64,000 nt of DNA from Candidatus Latescibacterota bacterium (GTDB lineage: Bacteria > Latescibacterota > UBA2968 > UBA8231): contig OZ220089.1 in assembly GCA_964291625.2 (NCBI GenBank), positions 2,048,001-2,112,000 on the forward strand, written 5' to 3'. Each line of letters begins with the position of its first letter. The first letter of the stretch is position 1. A program made the position numbers and the translations under genes. Below are positions 1 through 10,252 of the stretch, in pieces. Under the pieces are notes generated by a model. The model searched no databases and was not told the origin of the DNA. It saw nothing but the letters and a program-made list of their open reading frames with translations.

Positions 1-2180
1 CGGGACTGCTCTACGGGCAGGTGCTGCGCTCGCCCCACGCCCACGCCCGCATCCGCTCCATCGACACGACCGAGGCGTCGCGGGTGCCCGGTGTGCGCGC
101 CGTCGTCACCGGCGCCGACCTGCCGGCCCCGGCCTCGGCCGACGAGATCGTCGACCTCGGCGAGGGGCCGGCGCGCATCAAGCACATGCGCGACAACGTG
201 CTCGCTACCGACAAGGCGCTCTACCGCGGCCATGCCGTGGCGGGCGTGGCGGCCACCACCCTGCACGCCGCCGAGGAAGCCCTGGCCCTGATCGAGGTCG
301 ACTACGAGGTGCTGCCGGCGGCGGTGGACGTCCTCGACGCCATGGGCGAGAACGCGCCCATGCTGCACGAGGACATGACGACCCAGGAGTTCGGCGAGGA
401 CACGGGCCGCGGCAGCAACATCGCCTCCCACATGCGCCACGAGCTCGGCGACCTGGCCAGAGGTTTCGAGGAGGCCGCCGTCACCGCCGAGGCCGAGGTC
501 CACACGGCGACCGTGCACCAGGGCTACATCGAGCCCCACAACGGCACCGCCACCTGGAGCCCGGACGGACAGCTCACCGTCTGGACCAGCACTCAGGGCG
601 CCTTCACCGCCCAGAAGCAGATCGCCGCCATCCTCGGCCTGCCCGTCGGCAAGGTCCGCGTCGTGCCCCAGGAGATCGGCGGCGGCTTCGGCGGCAAGAT
701 CCCCAGCTATCTCGAGCCCGTCGCCGCCCTGCTGTCGCGCGAGACCGGCCAGCCGGTGAAGATCATCATGACCCGCGCCGACTGCTTCGAGGGCACGGGG
801 CCGACACCGGGGTCCTGCGTGCGCGTGAAGATCGGCGCCAACGCCTCGGGCAAGCTCACCGCCGGCGAGGCCTGGATCGCCTTCGAGGCCGGCGCCTACC
901 CCGGCTCTCCGGTCTTCGCCGCCGCCATGTGCGTCTTTTCCTGCTACGACTTCCCCAACGCCGTGGTCGACAGCTTCGACGTGGTCGTCAACAAGCCGCG
1001 CTCCTTCGCCTACCGCGCCCCGGGCTCCACCCACGTGGCCTTCGCCGTGGAGAAGGCCATGGACGAACTCGCCGAGAAGCTCGGCAAGGACCCCGTCGAG
1101 TTCCGCCTCGACAACGTCGCCGTCGAGGGCACCCGCCGTTCCGACGGCATCGTCTATCCCCGCATCGGGGCCAGGGAGTGCCTGGAGGTCCTGCGCGACT
1201 CCGAGCACTACCGCTCCGCCCTCGAAGGGCCGAACCGGGGACGCGGCATCGCCCTCGGGTACTGGTTCAACGTGGGCCTGAAGTCGGCGGTCACGGCCAG
1301 CGTCAACAACGACGGCACGGTGCAGCTCGTCGAGGGATCGACCGACATCGGGGGCACGCGCACCTCGGTGGCCATGCAGTTCGCCGAGGCCCTCGGTCTC
1401 GAGGCGGAGGACATCAACCCGAGCGTGGGCGACACCAGCGCCATCGGCTACACCGACGTCACCGGCGGCAGCCGCGTCACCTACGCCACCGGCTGGGCCG
1501 CCTACGAGGCCGCCCAGGACGTGAAGGACCAGATGATCGAGCGCGCCGCCAAGGTCTGGGAGGTGGATCCCGCCCAGGTGGAGTTCTCCGACGGCGCCTT
1601 CCGCACCACCGACGGCAGCCAGTCAATGCACTTCCGCGAGCTCGCCGGCAAGATCGACGACACGGGCGGCCCAGTCGTCGGCAGCGGGTCGGTGGACCCG
1701 GAATCGGGGGTGGGCGGCTCCTTCGCCGCCAACATCGCCGACGTCGAGGTCGACCCGGAGACCGGCAAGGTGACGGTGCTGCGCTTCACCGTGATCCAGG
1801 ACGCCGGCAAGGCCATCCATCCCAGCTACGTGGAGGGCCAGATGCAGGGCGGCAGCGTGCAGGGGATCGGATGGGGGCTCAACGAGGAGTACTTCTACAC
1901 CGAGGACGGCCGGATGGCCAACTCCACCTTCCTCGACTACCGCATTCCCACAACCCTCGACCTGCCCATGATCGAGACGATCATCGTCGAGGTGCCCAAC
2001 CCGGGCCATCCCTACGGGGTCCGCGGCGTCGGCGAGGCTTCCATCGCCCCGCCGCCGGCGGCTCTGGCGGCGGCGATCAAGAGCGCCACCGGTTTGTCCC
2101 TCAACGAGTTGCCCATGCGCCCGGACCGGATCACCGCGGGGCTCGGATCCGGCGCCATCTCCATGGCGGCGGGCGACTGA
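1..2180 (+). CDS. Xanthine dehydrogenase/CO dehydrogenase family molybdopterin-binding large subunit (5' truncated by window)
   Basis: Motifs LRSPHAHARI, GGGFGGK, AYRAPG, EGQMQGG, GVRGVGEA; frame is open back to the window start. Confidence 0.93.
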   Translation, partial: GLLYGQVLRSPHAHARIRSIDTTEASRVPGVRAVVTGADLPAPASADEIVDLGEGPARIKHMRDNVLATDKALYRGHAVAGVAATTLHAAEEALALIEVDYEVLPAAVDVLDAMGENAPMLHEDMTTQEFGEDTGRGSNIASHMRHELGDLARGFEEAAVTAEAEVHTATVHQGYIEPHNGTATWSPDGQLTVWTSTQGAFTAQKQIAAILGLPVGKVRVVPQEIGGGFGGKIPSYLEPVAALLSRETGQPVKIIMTRADCFEGTGPTPGSCVRVKIGANASGKLTAGEAWIAFEAGAYPGSPVFAAAMCVFSCYDFPNAVVDSFDVVVNKPRSFAYRAPGSTHVAFAVEKAMDELAEKLGKDPVEFRLDNVAVEGTRRSDGIVYPRIGARECLEVLRDSEHYRSALEGPNRGRGIALGYWFNVGLKSAVTASVNNDGTVQLVEGSTDIGGTRTSVAMQFAEALGLEAEDINPSVGDTSAIGYTDVTGGSRVTYATGWAAYEAAQDVKDQMIERAAKVWEVDPAQVEFSDGAFRTTDGSQSMHFRELAGKIDDTGGPVVGSGSVDPESGVGGSFAANIADVEVDPETGKVTVLRFTVIQDAGKAIHPSYVEGQMQGGSVQGIGWGLNEEYFYTEDGRMANSTFLDYRIPTTLDLPMIETIIVEVPNPGHPYGVRGVGEASIAPPPAALAAAIKSATGLSLNELPMRPDRITAGLGSGAISMAAGD

Positions 2181-2188
2181 GCCGATCC

Positions 2189-2476
2189 GTGCCGACCGTA
2201 TGGGTGCCCGCGCCCTGGCGCGACAAGCTCACGGGCGGGCGGCAGCAGGTCGAGGTGGCGGGTGAGACCGTCCGCCAGGTGATCGAATCCCTCGAGACGC
2301 AGTACCCCGGCTTCCGTCAGCGCATCGTCGACGAGGAGAAGGACCGGATCCGCCCGGACATCGCCGTCTCCGTCGATGGCGAGGTGTCGGCCGAGGGCAT
2401 GCGCCGGCAGGTGGGGGCGTCCAGCGAGGTCCACTTCCTGCCGGCCATCAGCGGGGGATCCCTCCGGCCTCGATGA
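2189..2476 (+). CDS. MoaD/ThiS family sulfur-carrier (ubiquitin-like) protein
   Basis: GTG start 8 nt after the upstream stop; about 95 aa with TVRQVIESL, VSVDGE and VHFLPAISGG, followed by SLRPR. Confidence 0.85.
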   Translation: MPTVWVPAPWRDKLTGGRQQVEVAGETVRQVIESLETQYPGFRQRIVDEEKDRIRPDIAVSVDGEVSAEGMRRQVGASSEVHFLPAISGGSLRPR

Positions 2477-3327
2477 CCCGCCGCGCCCCCGCGGCGCCGG
2501 CTCCGCATCCCCCTCCCGTGACCGTCTTCGACGACACCCACCACGAAGGCTTCCTCTCCCGGGGGTACCTGCGCCTCGGCAAGGTGGCGGCGCCGGAGGA
2601 GTTGGCCGGCCTTCAGCGCCGGATCGACGACCTCATGCTCGGGCGAGTCCGCTATCCCAACATGCGGATGCAGCTCTTCGAAACCGGTACCGGGAAGCTG
2701 CGGCGGACGCTGGGGAACGAGGCGGCGACCCTGTCGTACCGGCGCATCGACGACCTGGAGCAGGATCCCCTGTTCCTGGCCTACATGCAGCAGCCCTTGT
2801 TTCAACGGATCTGCCGACGCTGCGTCGGCGAGGTCGTCTCCGTCTTCCGGTCCATGTTCATGAACAAGCCGGCCCGGTGGGAGCAGACCCTGCCCTGGCA
2901 CCAGGACGTGGGGGCCGGCTGGGGGATCGACCGCAATCCCATCGTCACCGTGTGGACGGCCCTCGACGAGGCGACGGCGGCCAACGGCGCCATGGAGATC
3001 GTCCCCGGCAGCCATGCCCATGGGGTGATCAACGAACGCCACTTCCTGACACCGGAAGAGGAGACCCGCTACGCGCCCCCCGACAAGGTGGAGACTCTCG
3101 AGGCCGAGGCGGGGGAGGCGATCCTGCTGCACAACCTGATGCTGCACCGGTCGGGGACGAATCCGACGGACCGCCCCCGTCGCGCCTTCAGCTCCACCTA
3201 CATGGAGGCCGGCACCCGCACCCTCGACACGGGGATGACCTTTCCCGTCGTCTTCGGCCCCGGGGCCCTCGATCCCGCCACCGTGAGCGGCAAGAGGGCG
3301 GAGCTGGTGGAGAAGTTCTACGGCTGA
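2473..3327 (+). CDS. Phytanoyl-CoA dioxygenase (PhyH) family 2OG-Fe(II) oxygenase
   Basis: [33 protein letters not shown] motifs; ATGA overlap with upstream gene. Confidence 0.9.
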   Translation: MTRRAPAAPAPHPPPVTVFDDTHHEGFLSRGYLRLGKVAAPEELAGLQRRIDDLMLGRVRYPNMRMQLFETGTGKLRRTLGNEAATLSYRRIDDLEQDPLFLAYMQQPLFQRICRRCVGEVVSVFRSMFMNKPARWEQTLPWHQDVGAGWGIDRNPIVTVWTALDEATAANGAMEIVPGSHAHGVINERHFLTPEEETRYAPPDKVETLEAEAGEAILLHNLMLHRSGTNPTDRPRRAFSSTYMEAGTRTLDTGMTFPVVFGPGALDPATVSGKRAELVEKFYG

Positions 3328-3773
3328 CCCGCGTCCGTCGACCCGAAGCCCCCGCCACCCCGTTCCGACGCGTCCAGCTCGTCCACCTCCTCCCAGGAGG
3401 CGCGGGTCACCGGCGCGATAACCAGCTGGGCGACCCGCTCTCCCGGCTCGATCCGCTGCGGCTCCGCCGACAGATTGACGAGGATCACCCCCACCTCCCC
3501 GCGGTAGTCCGCGTCGATCGTGCCCGGGGCGTTGAGGACGGTGAGACCGCGCTTCAGCGCCAGGCCGCTGCGGGGGCGCACCTGGCCCTCGTACCCGGGG
3601 GGGATCTGCAGCCGCAGGCCCGTCGGCACCAGGACCCGCTCTCCCGGGGCGAGGTCGATCCCCTCCGGCAGATGGGCGCGCAGGTCCATGCCGGCGCTGT
3701 GGGGCGTCTCGTACCGCGGCGGGCCGTGGCCGGAGTCGACAATCACGCGGATCCGAAGACCGCCGCCGCTCAT
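3318..3773 (-). CDS. dut: dUTP diphosphatase
   Basis: [35 protein letters not shown] motifs. Confidence 0.96.
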   Translation of the reverse strand: MSGGGLRIRVIVDSGHGPPRYETPHSAGMDLRAHLPEGIDLAPGERVLVPTGLRLQIPPGYEGQVRPRSGLALKRGLTVLNAPGTIDADYRGEVGVILVNLSAEPQRIEPGERVAQLVIAPVTRASWEEVDELDASERGGGGFGSTDAGQP

Positions 3774-3852
3774 GAAGACACCCCGCGGCCAGCGCCTGCA
3801 GGGTGCGAGCCTCCAGGGGGGGCCGCGATGAGGCCGCCGCTGCCGCCACCGG

Positions 3853-4869
3853 CTAACAATTGAGCCGCTCTCCGTACTGACGGAGGTAGTAGGCCCTGTA
3901 GTCCTCCCGGTTGCGGATCTTTCGCCACCAGGACTCGTGATCGACGTACCACTGCACGGTGCGGTCCATCGCCTCCTCGACGCTGACCGCCGGGGACCAT
4001 CCCAGGCGCCGGATGCGGCTCGAGTCGAGGGCATAGCGCAGATCGTGGCCGGCCCGGTCTTCGACGAACTGCAGCAGCCCCTCCGGCTTGCCCAGCCTCC
4101 CGAGGATCGCCCGCGCCACCTCGATGCCGGTGGCCTCGTTCTCCCCGCCCACGTTGTACACCTGTCCGGGCTCTCCGAAATGGAGCACCCGGTCGATGGC
4201 CGCGCAGTGATCGTCCACGTAGAGGTGATCGCGCACCTGCAGCCCGTCGCCGTAGACCGGCAGGGGCAGGTCGTCGATGGCGTTGGTGATGAACAGCGGC
4301 ACCCGCTTCTCGGGGTACTGGTAGGGACCGATGGTGTTCGAGGCCCGCGTGACGAGGGTGGGCACGCCATGACTGACGTTGAAGGCGCGGACCAGCAGCT
4401 CGGCGCTGGCCTTGGTCGCCGAGTACGGGTTCCGCGGCTTCAGGGGCTCGTCCTCGTCCCAGGCTCCCTCGTCGATGCTGCCGTAGACCTCGTCGGTGCT
4501 GACCTGGTGATAGCGCTCGACGCCGTGGCGGCGAGCCGCGTCGAGGAGCACGTAGGTCCCGTGGACGTTGGTGCTCAGGAAATCGGCGCTGCCGAGGATG
4601 CTGCGGTCCACGTGACTCTCGGCGGCGAAGTTGACGACCCAGTCGGCCTCCGCCACGAGGGGGCCGACCCGTCCGGCGTCGCAGATGTCGCCGTGGACGA
4701 AGCGGTAGCGCGGGTCCTGCTCGATGTCGCTCAGGTTGGCCGGGTTCCCGGCGTAGGTCAGCTTGTCGAGGTTGACGACCTCGTAGTCGGGGTGCTCCCG
4801 CAGCACGTGGCGCACGAAGTTGGCCCCGATGAAGCCGCAGCCGCCCGTGATCAGCAGGGATCTGGCCAT
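3853..4869 (-). CDS. rfbB: dTDP-glucose 4,6-dehydratase
   Basis: [40 protein letters not shown]. Confidence 0.95.
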   Translation of the reverse strand: MARSLLITGGCGFIGANFVRHVLREHPDYEVVNLDKLTYAGNPANLSDIEQDPRYRFVHGDICDAGRVGPLVAEADWVVNFAAESHVDRSILGSADFLSTNVHGTYVLLDAARRHGVERYHQVSTDEVYGSIDEGAWDEDEPLKPRNPYSATKASAELLVRAFNVSHGVPTLVTRASNTIGPYQYPEKRVPLFITNAIDDLPLPVYGDGLQVRDHLYVDDHCAAIDRVLHFGEPGQVYNVGGENEATGIEVARAILGRLGKPEGLLQFVEDRAGHDLRYALDSSRIRRLGWSPAVSVEEAMDRTVQWYVDHESWWRKIRNREDYRAYYLRQYGERLNC

Positions 4870-4871
4870 CT

Positions 4872-6218
4872 TCAGCCCACCGGGTCCGGGCGCCCTGGGT
4901 CCTCGCCGGGACCGGGGCCCGGGCGGCCGACGCTGACGTAGTCGAAGCCGAGTCCGGCCATCTCCCGCGGATCGTAGAGGTTACGGCAGTCCAGCAGCCT
5001 CGGCGCCGCCAGACCCGCCCGGATGCGCGGCCAGTCGAGGTTGCGGAACTCGTTCCACTCCGTCATCAGCACCAGGGCATCGGCCCCCTCGGCGGCGGCG
5101 TAGGGATCGCCGCAACAGCCCAGGGCCGGGAGCACGGCCGCGGCGAGGTCCATGGCCGCGGGGTCGTAGGCCTGTACCGCGGCGCCCTCGCCAAGCAGGG
5201 TCTCGGCCATCTCCAGGGCCGGCGCTTCGCGGATGTCGTCGGTGTCGGGCTTGAAGGACAGCCCGAGCAGGCAGACGGTGCGGCCCTCGAAGCCCCCCAG
5301 CAGGCCTCGAAGCTTGTCGACCATCCGCTGGCGCTGGATCGAGTTGCTGCGGTCGATGGCCTGCAGCACCGGGGCTTCCACCTCCTTGTTGCGCGCCGTC
5401 GCCGCCAGGCCCTGCACGTCCTTCGGGAAGCAGCTGCCGCCGTAGCCGGCGCCGGCGCCGAGATTGCGGGGACCGATGCGATCGTCGAGGCCCATGCCGC
5501 GGGCCACGGCGGCCACGTCGGCATCGCAGGCCTCGCACAGGCTGGCGATCTCGTTGATGAAGGAGATCTTCGCCGCCAGCATCGCGTTGGAGGCGTACTT
5601 GATCATCTCCGCGCTCTGCAGGTCGGTGAGGACCATGGGCACGTCGCGCTCGTAGAGGGGCCGGTAGAGGTCGATGACGGCGTCCCTGGCGCGCCGGCTG
5701 GAGGCGCCGATGACGACCCGGTCGGGATGGAGGAAGTCGTCGATCGCCGAGCCCTCGCGCAGAAACTCGGGGTTGGAGACGACGTCCACGTCGGCATCCG
5801 GCCCTTCGGCGGTGATGATCGACCCAACCTCGCCGCCCGTGCCCACGGGGACCGTGGACTTGTTGACGACGATCTTGTAGTCCTCCGTGTAGCGCCCGAT
5901 GGAGCGCGCCGCCTCATGGACGTACGACATGTCCACCTCCCCCGCCGGCAGGGAGGGAGTGCCGACGCAGATGAAGACGATCTCGGAGGATTTGACGGCG
6001 AAGGCGACGTCGGCGGAAAACGACAGCCTCCCGCGGTCGCGGTTGCGCCCCACCAACTCCTCGAGTCCCGGCTCGTAGATCGGCAGGTGACCATCGCGCA
6101 GCCGGTCGACCCGTCTCTCGTCGATGTCGAGGCAGAGGACGGCGTTGCCGAGATCGGCCAGGCAGGCGCTCGTCACCAGGCCCACGTAGCCGCTGCCCAT
6201 GGTGCAGATTCGTCTCAC
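4872..6218 (-). CDS. ugd: UDP-glucose/GDP-mannose dehydrogenase family
   Basis: GSGYVGL, KSTVPVGT, SNPEFLREG, GYGGSCFPKD, FKPDTDDIRE. Confidence 0.93.
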   Translation of the reverse strand: MRRICTMGSGYVGLVTSACLADLGNAVLCLDIDERRVDRLRDGHLPIYEPGLEELVGRNRDRGRLSFSADVAFAVKSSEIVFICVGTPSLPAGEVDMSYVHEAARSIGRYTEDYKIVVNKSTVPVGTGGEVGSIITAEGPDADVDVVSNPEFLREGSAIDDFLHPDRVVIGASSRRARDAVIDLYRPLYERDVPMVLTDLQSAEMIKYASNAMLAAKISFINEIASLCEACDADVAAVARGMGLDDRIGPRNLGAGAGYGGSCFPKDVQGLAATARNKEVEAPVLQAIDRSNSIQRQRMVDKLRGLLGGFEGRTVCLLGLSFKPDTDDIREAPALEMAETLLGEGAAVQAYDPAAMDLAAAVLPALGCCGDPYAAAEGADALVLMTEWNEFRNLDWPRIRAGLAAPRLLDCRNLYDPREMAGLGFDYVSVGRPGPGPGEDPGRPDPVG

Positions 6219-6242
6219 GAAAGGTTCCCCGGAAGGCCGATG

Positions 6243-7004
6243 TCAACCGAGATAGCGGACCCGGTTGCGCTCCAGGCGGACGGCGAGTTCCTCGATGTCG
6301 ACGCCCTTGAGGCGGGCCAGTTCCTCGGCCACCTCCCGCACCCTCCGCGGATGGCCGGCCACCCCCCCCACCGGCACCGGGGCGTCGGTCTCGAGCAGCA
6401 GCAGATCGTCGTCGATCTCGCAGGCCACCGCGGCGGCGGCCGGGTCCGAGATCACGGAGGGTCCCACCGAGATGAAGAGCCCCTCGTCGTTGCAGATGCG
6501 CACGAGCTTCTTGGAATGGGTGAACCAGTGCAGCTGGGCCTTCAGGCCCGTGTCCCGGTGGAACGCGGCGGCGGCCTCCATCACCTGCCGCGGACAGCGC
6601 CGCGAGTGCAGGTTCACCGGCTTGCGGTGGCGGTGGGCCAGCTCGAAGTGACGCTCCAGCGCCCGGGTCTGCTCGGCCTGCTGATCGGGGGCGACCGCCC
6701 ACTTGTGGTCCAGACCCGTCTCGCCGACGATGGCGGCTTCCCCCAGGCGGGCCGCGAGCAGCTCCAGGTCGGGCTCGATCCCCGCCAGACCGCGCCTGGT
6801 CACCTCCACCGGATGCACCCCCAGGCCCGGGATGACGCGGCCGGGGAAGCGGCCGGCCAGGTCGAGCACGGCCTCCATGGAGGCCGCGTCCTGGGCGACG
6901 GCGGCGAGGCGGTCGACGCCGGCCGCCGCCGCTGCCTCGAGCACGGGCTCCGGGGGGTCGAACTGGTCGAGGTGGCAGTGGCTGTCGGTGAGGGACAGGG
7001 CCAC
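6243..7004 (-). CDS. TatD family DNase
   Basis: DSHCHLD, LGVHP, VGETGLD, LHSR, LLETDAP. Confidence 0.92.
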   Translation of the reverse strand: MALSLTDSHCHLDQFDPPEPVLEAAAAAGVDRLAAVAQDAASMEAVLDLAGRFPGRVIPGLGVHPVEVTRRGLAGIEPDLELLAARLGEAAIVGETGLDHKWAVAPDQQAEQTRALERHFELAHRHRKPVNLHSRRCPRQVMEAAAAFHRDTGLKAQLHWFTHSKKLVRICNDEGLFISVGPSVISDPAAAAVACEIDDDLLLLETDAPVPVGGVAGHPRRVREVAEELARLKGVDIEELAVRLERNRVRYLG

Positions 7005-7008
7005 GGGG

Positions 7009-7983
7009 TCAGGCCGTCAGCCCGGTGGTCTCGTCCACGCCCAGCATCAGGTTCAGGCACTGCACGGCGTTGCCGGAAGCCCCCTTGCCGAGGTTGTCCT
7101 CCCTCCCCACCAGCACCAGTCCGACCTCCGGGCGGCCGAAGACGAACAGGTCGAGCCGGTTCGTGTGATTCGCGCCTCCGAGTTCGAGAAACCGCCCGCC
7201 GCGCAGATGGTCCGGCGACTCGGCGGGATCGACGGGCCGCACGAAAGGCTCCCCGGCATAGCGGCTCGCCCACACCTCGAAGACCTCTGCCGCCGTCGTA
7301 CCCCTCCGGCGCCAGGCCGCGGCCGGAACGGGCGTGCTGGTGAGCATGCCGCAGTAGCTGTGGTCGACGGAGGGCACGAACAGGGGAGGGTGCTGGCTGA
7401 GGCTGAAGCGCTGCATCTCCGCCAGGTGCTTGTGATCGCCCTCTAGCCCGTACAGGCACAGGGGAAACCCCGCCTCGCCGTCGGCGCCGGGGCGGTCTCG
7501 GTACTCCTCGATCATGCGCCGGCCGCCGCCGGAGTAGCCGGAGACGGCGTTGACGGTGAGGGGCGTGGCGGCGTCGAGGAGACCGGCCTCGATCAGGGGG
7601 CGCACGGCGAGGATGAAGCCCACGGGGTAGCATCCGCAGTTGGCCACCCGGGGCGCCGTGCGGATCGCCCGGCGCTGCTCCGGCGACAGCTCCGGGAGGC
7701 CGTAGACCCAGTCGGGGTCGACGCGCCGGACGGTGCTGGTATCGATGACGCGGGTGCCCGAGCCGGGAGCCAGCAGCGCCAGCGCCTCGGCGGCGGCGTC
7801 ATCCGGCAGGCACAGGATGGCGAGGTCGGCCTCGTCCAGAAGGCGGCGCCGCGCTCCCGGATCCTTGCGGTCCTCGTCGGCGATCAGGCGCAGGTCGAGA
7901 TCGGCGCGTCCTGCCAGCAGCTCGCGGATGCGCAGGCCCGTCGTACCTTCCTGACCGTCGATGTAGATCGCAGGGCGGCTCAC
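7009..7983 (-). CDS. argC: N-acetyl-gamma-glutamyl-phosphate reductase (type 2)
   Basis: IDGQEGTTGL, LCLPDDAA, VANCGCYP, SGYSGGG, DNLGKGASGNAVQ; GTG start at 7983. Confidence 0.93.
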   Translation of the reverse strand: MSRPAIYIDGQEGTTGLRIRELLAGRADLDLRLIADEDRKDPGARRRLLDEADLAILCLPDDAAAEALALLAPGSGTRVIDTSTVRRVDPDWVYGLPELSPEQRRAIRTAPRVANCGCYPVGFILAVRPLIEAGLLDAATPLTVNAVSGYSGGGRRMIEEYRDRPGADGEAGFPLCLYGLEGDHKHLAEMQRFSLSQHPPLFVPSVDHSYCGMLTSTPVPAAAWRRRGTTAAEVFEVWASRYAGEPFVRPVDPAESPDHLRGGRFLELGGANHTNRLDLFVFGRPEVGLVLVGREDNLGKGASGNAVQCLNLMLGVDETTGLTA

Positions 7984-7996
7984 GGGGCGCTCCGCA

Positions 7997-8035
7997 AATG
8001 AATAATTATTCCAAAATAGATAATAAATACTAACT
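7997..8035. promoter_or_regulatory. Tandem ARG boxes (putative ArgR operator) upstream of argC
   Basis: AATGAATAATTATTCCAA (7997-8014) matches WNTGAATWWWWATTCANW at 17/18; a degenerate second box (8018-8035) follows after a 3-bp gap; AT-rich island in a GC-rich genome. Confidence 0.7.
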
Positions 8036-8036
8036 C

Positions 8037-9041
8037 TTGAGCTCCCCGGAGTCAACCGACGACAGGCCGGGATGGAGCCGCCGCCGCAACCGCGGATGGG
8101 TCTACCCGGACGTCGTGGCCGCGGAGGCGGCCGGCTGGAAAGCGCTCGAGTTCTACGTGCGCCGCTATCCGCACTCCACCGAGGCGCAGTGGCGCCGGCG
8201 GTTTGAGGAGGGCAGGATCCGCGGCCCCGGCGGACCTCTCGGCCCCGAGGAGCGCCTGCGCTCCGGCCAGCGCCTGGAGTACCACCGGCCGCCCTGGACC
8301 GAGCCGCCCGCACCCCGACGCTTCGACGTGATCCGGGACGACGGCGACCTGCTCGCCGTGGCCAAGCCGCCGGGGCTGCAGGTCCTGCCGGCGGCGGAGT
8401 TCCTGGAGAACACCCTTCTGCACGCGGTCCGGGAAGGGTTGGGAGGACGTCCGGCGCCGGCCCACCGGCTGGGCCGCGGCACCTCCGGGATCGTGCTCTT
8501 CGCGCGCTCGGCGGAGGCTCGCCGGGGACTGGCGGCCGCCTTCGAGAACCGCCGCGTCCACAAGCTCTACCGCGCCCTCGTGCAGGGCCTCGACATGAAG
8601 GACCGGTTCGCGGTGGAGACACCCATCGGCCCCGTGGCCCATGCCCACCCCGGCCAGGTCTTCGCCGCCCGCCCCGACGGCCGCCCGGCCGTCTCCCACG
8701 TACGGGTGATCGAGCGCCGCCCCGCCGACGGCGCCACTCTCGTGGAGGTGGAGATCCCCACCGGACGGCCGCACCAGATCCGCATCCATCTGGCGGCGGC
8801 GGGGTTTCCGCTGGTGGGGGAACCGCTCTACATCGCGGGGGGGCGGCCTCGACAGCCGGCGGCCGGGCAGAAGCCGACGCGGCCCGGAGACATGGGCTAC
8901 CACCTGCACGCCATGCAGGTCAGCTGCGCCCACCCCGTCGAGCTTTCGCGGATCAGCCTGTACTGCCGGCCGCCGGAGGAGCTGCTGCCCGCCGGCGAAC
9001 GGTGGAGGCCGCCGGGTGCCTGCGCTCGCGGTCTCGGGTGA
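8037..9041 (+). CDS. RluA family RNA pseudouridine synthase
   Basis: VAKPPGL, HRLGRGTSG (usual catalytic HRLD reads HRLG), TGRPHQIRIHLA, GYHLHA; start uncertain. Confidence 0.85.
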   Translation: MSSPESTDDRPGWSRRRNRGWVYPDVVAAEAAGWKALEFYVRRYPHSTEAQWRRRFEEGRIRGPGGPLGPEERLRSGQRLEYHRPPWTEPPAPRRFDVIRDDGDLLAVAKPPGLQVLPAAEFLENTLLHAVREGLGGRPAPAHRLGRGTSGIVLFARSAEARRGLAAAFENRRVHKLYRALVQGLDMKDRFAVETPIGPVAHAHPGQVFAARPDGRPAVSHVRVIERRPADGATLVEVEIPTGRPHQIRIHLAAAGFPLVGEPLYIAGGRPRQPAAGQKPTRPGDMGYHLHAMQVSCAHPVELSRISLYCRPPEELLPAGERWRPPGACARGLG

Positions 9042-9104
9042 ATCGTTCGGCGGTACAATCCCCGGACCGGCGCTCTCGTCGTACGCGAAGCTGCGCGCCA
9101 GTCC

Positions 9105-9983
9105 CTATCCCCAGCTCTCGCGCTTGATCCGCTTGTCCTCGATCCCCAGCCCGCCCAGGATGGCCATCATGTGCTCGACGAACTTCGGCTCCGGCTCCTC
9201 GCCGCGTTCCCGGGCTTCCTTCCGCTCCCAGGGCAGCACCCCGGGCCCGCAGCAGTAGACCATCGACTCTTCCGGATCGATGCGGCTCTCGATCAGCTCG
9301 AGGTCGATCCGCCCCCGCCGCGCCTGCGGCTCCACGCCCTCCGGATCCTCCCGGGTGATGCAGTGGAGGATCTCGAGGTGGTCGGGATGCCGCTCGGCGA
9401 GACGGGCGAAGTCGTCGTAGTAGATGATGTCTCCCTTCGTCTTGCTGCTGTAGAGCAGGACGTGGCGCAGACCGTCGCCGGCGTGCAGGGAGTGCTTGAT
9501 GAGGGCGAAGTTGGGGACGATCCCGGAGCCGGCGCAGATGTGGAGGATCCGGCGGGTGCCCTCTGCCGCCGCCGAGAGGGTGTACGGCCCGGTGAAGCCG
9601 CGGATCTCCAGCCTGGTGCCCGGGGGACACTGCCGGGCCAGCGGCGGGGACAGCACGGGGGGGTACTTCGACTCGCCCGGCCAGTAGGTCTCCTCCTTGA
9701 TCGTGATCAGGAGGTGCTTCTCGTGGGGGGCCGAGCCCATGGAGTAGGCCCTCGGCTTCTCCCGGGCGCTCTTGATCTCCTCCAGGTAGGCGATCGTCTG
9801 CTGGAGAAACCCGAACTGGTGGGGGTCGATGGTGATGAACTGTCCGGCCTCGTAGTCGCGCGGCTCGTCGCCGATGTCGAGGAACAGGCTCGCCGTGTCG
9901 TGGGTCTCCTGCCGGACCTCGGCGACGACGGCCTCCATCTCCCGCACCTTGCGCCGGGGCCTGCGCGGGGCCGAACCGGTCAA
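9105..9983 (-). CDS. FAD/NAD(P)-binding ferredoxin reductase-like oxidoreductase
   Basis: YEAGQF, RAYSMGS, ICAGSGIVP, VYCCGP, RESWG; start TTG 9983 (overlapping the upstream stop) or ATG 9938. Confidence 0.85.
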   Translation of the reverse strand: MTGSAPRRPRRKVREMEAVVAEVRQETHDTASLFLDIGDEPRDYEAGQFITIDPHQFGFLQQTIAYLEEIKSAREKPRAYSMGSAPHEKHLLITIKEETYWPGESKYPPVLSPPLARQCPPGTRLEIRGFTGPYTLSAAAEGTRRILHICAGSGIVPNFALIKHSLHAGDGLRHVLLYSSKTKGDIIYYDDFARLAERHPDHLEILHCITREDPEGVEPQARRGRIDLELIESRIDPEESMVYCCGPGVLPWERKEARERGEEPEPKFVEHMMAILGGLGIEDKRIKRESWG

Positions 9984-10252
9984 TCCAGTCCCTTCTCTTT
10001 CAGGTGGGCCTTCATCCTGGCGATGACGCCGTCGTCGTCCTCGCACTCGGCCACCAGCCGGGTGAACTCCTCGGCCGACATCCGCACGTTCTGCAGAAAC
10101 CGCTGGTCCGCCGGACAGGGATAGATGTAGGCGCCGATGCGGCCCTGGTCGGTGGCCCGCGCCTTGTCGGTGATGCGGGCCAGCCACGGGATGTCGCCGA
10201 TGACCAGCCCCCGCGCCCGGGGTTTGAAGTCGAAGGATTGGCTATCGCTCAC
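9980..10252 (-). CDS. Small DUF5069-like protein
   Basis: WLARITDKARA...GAYIYPCPADQRFL pattern. Confidence 0.7.
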   Translation of the reverse strand: MSDSQSFDFKPRARGLVIGDIPWLARITDKARATDQGRIGAYIYPCPADQRFLQNVRMSAEEFTRLVAECEDDDGVIARMKAHLKEKGLD

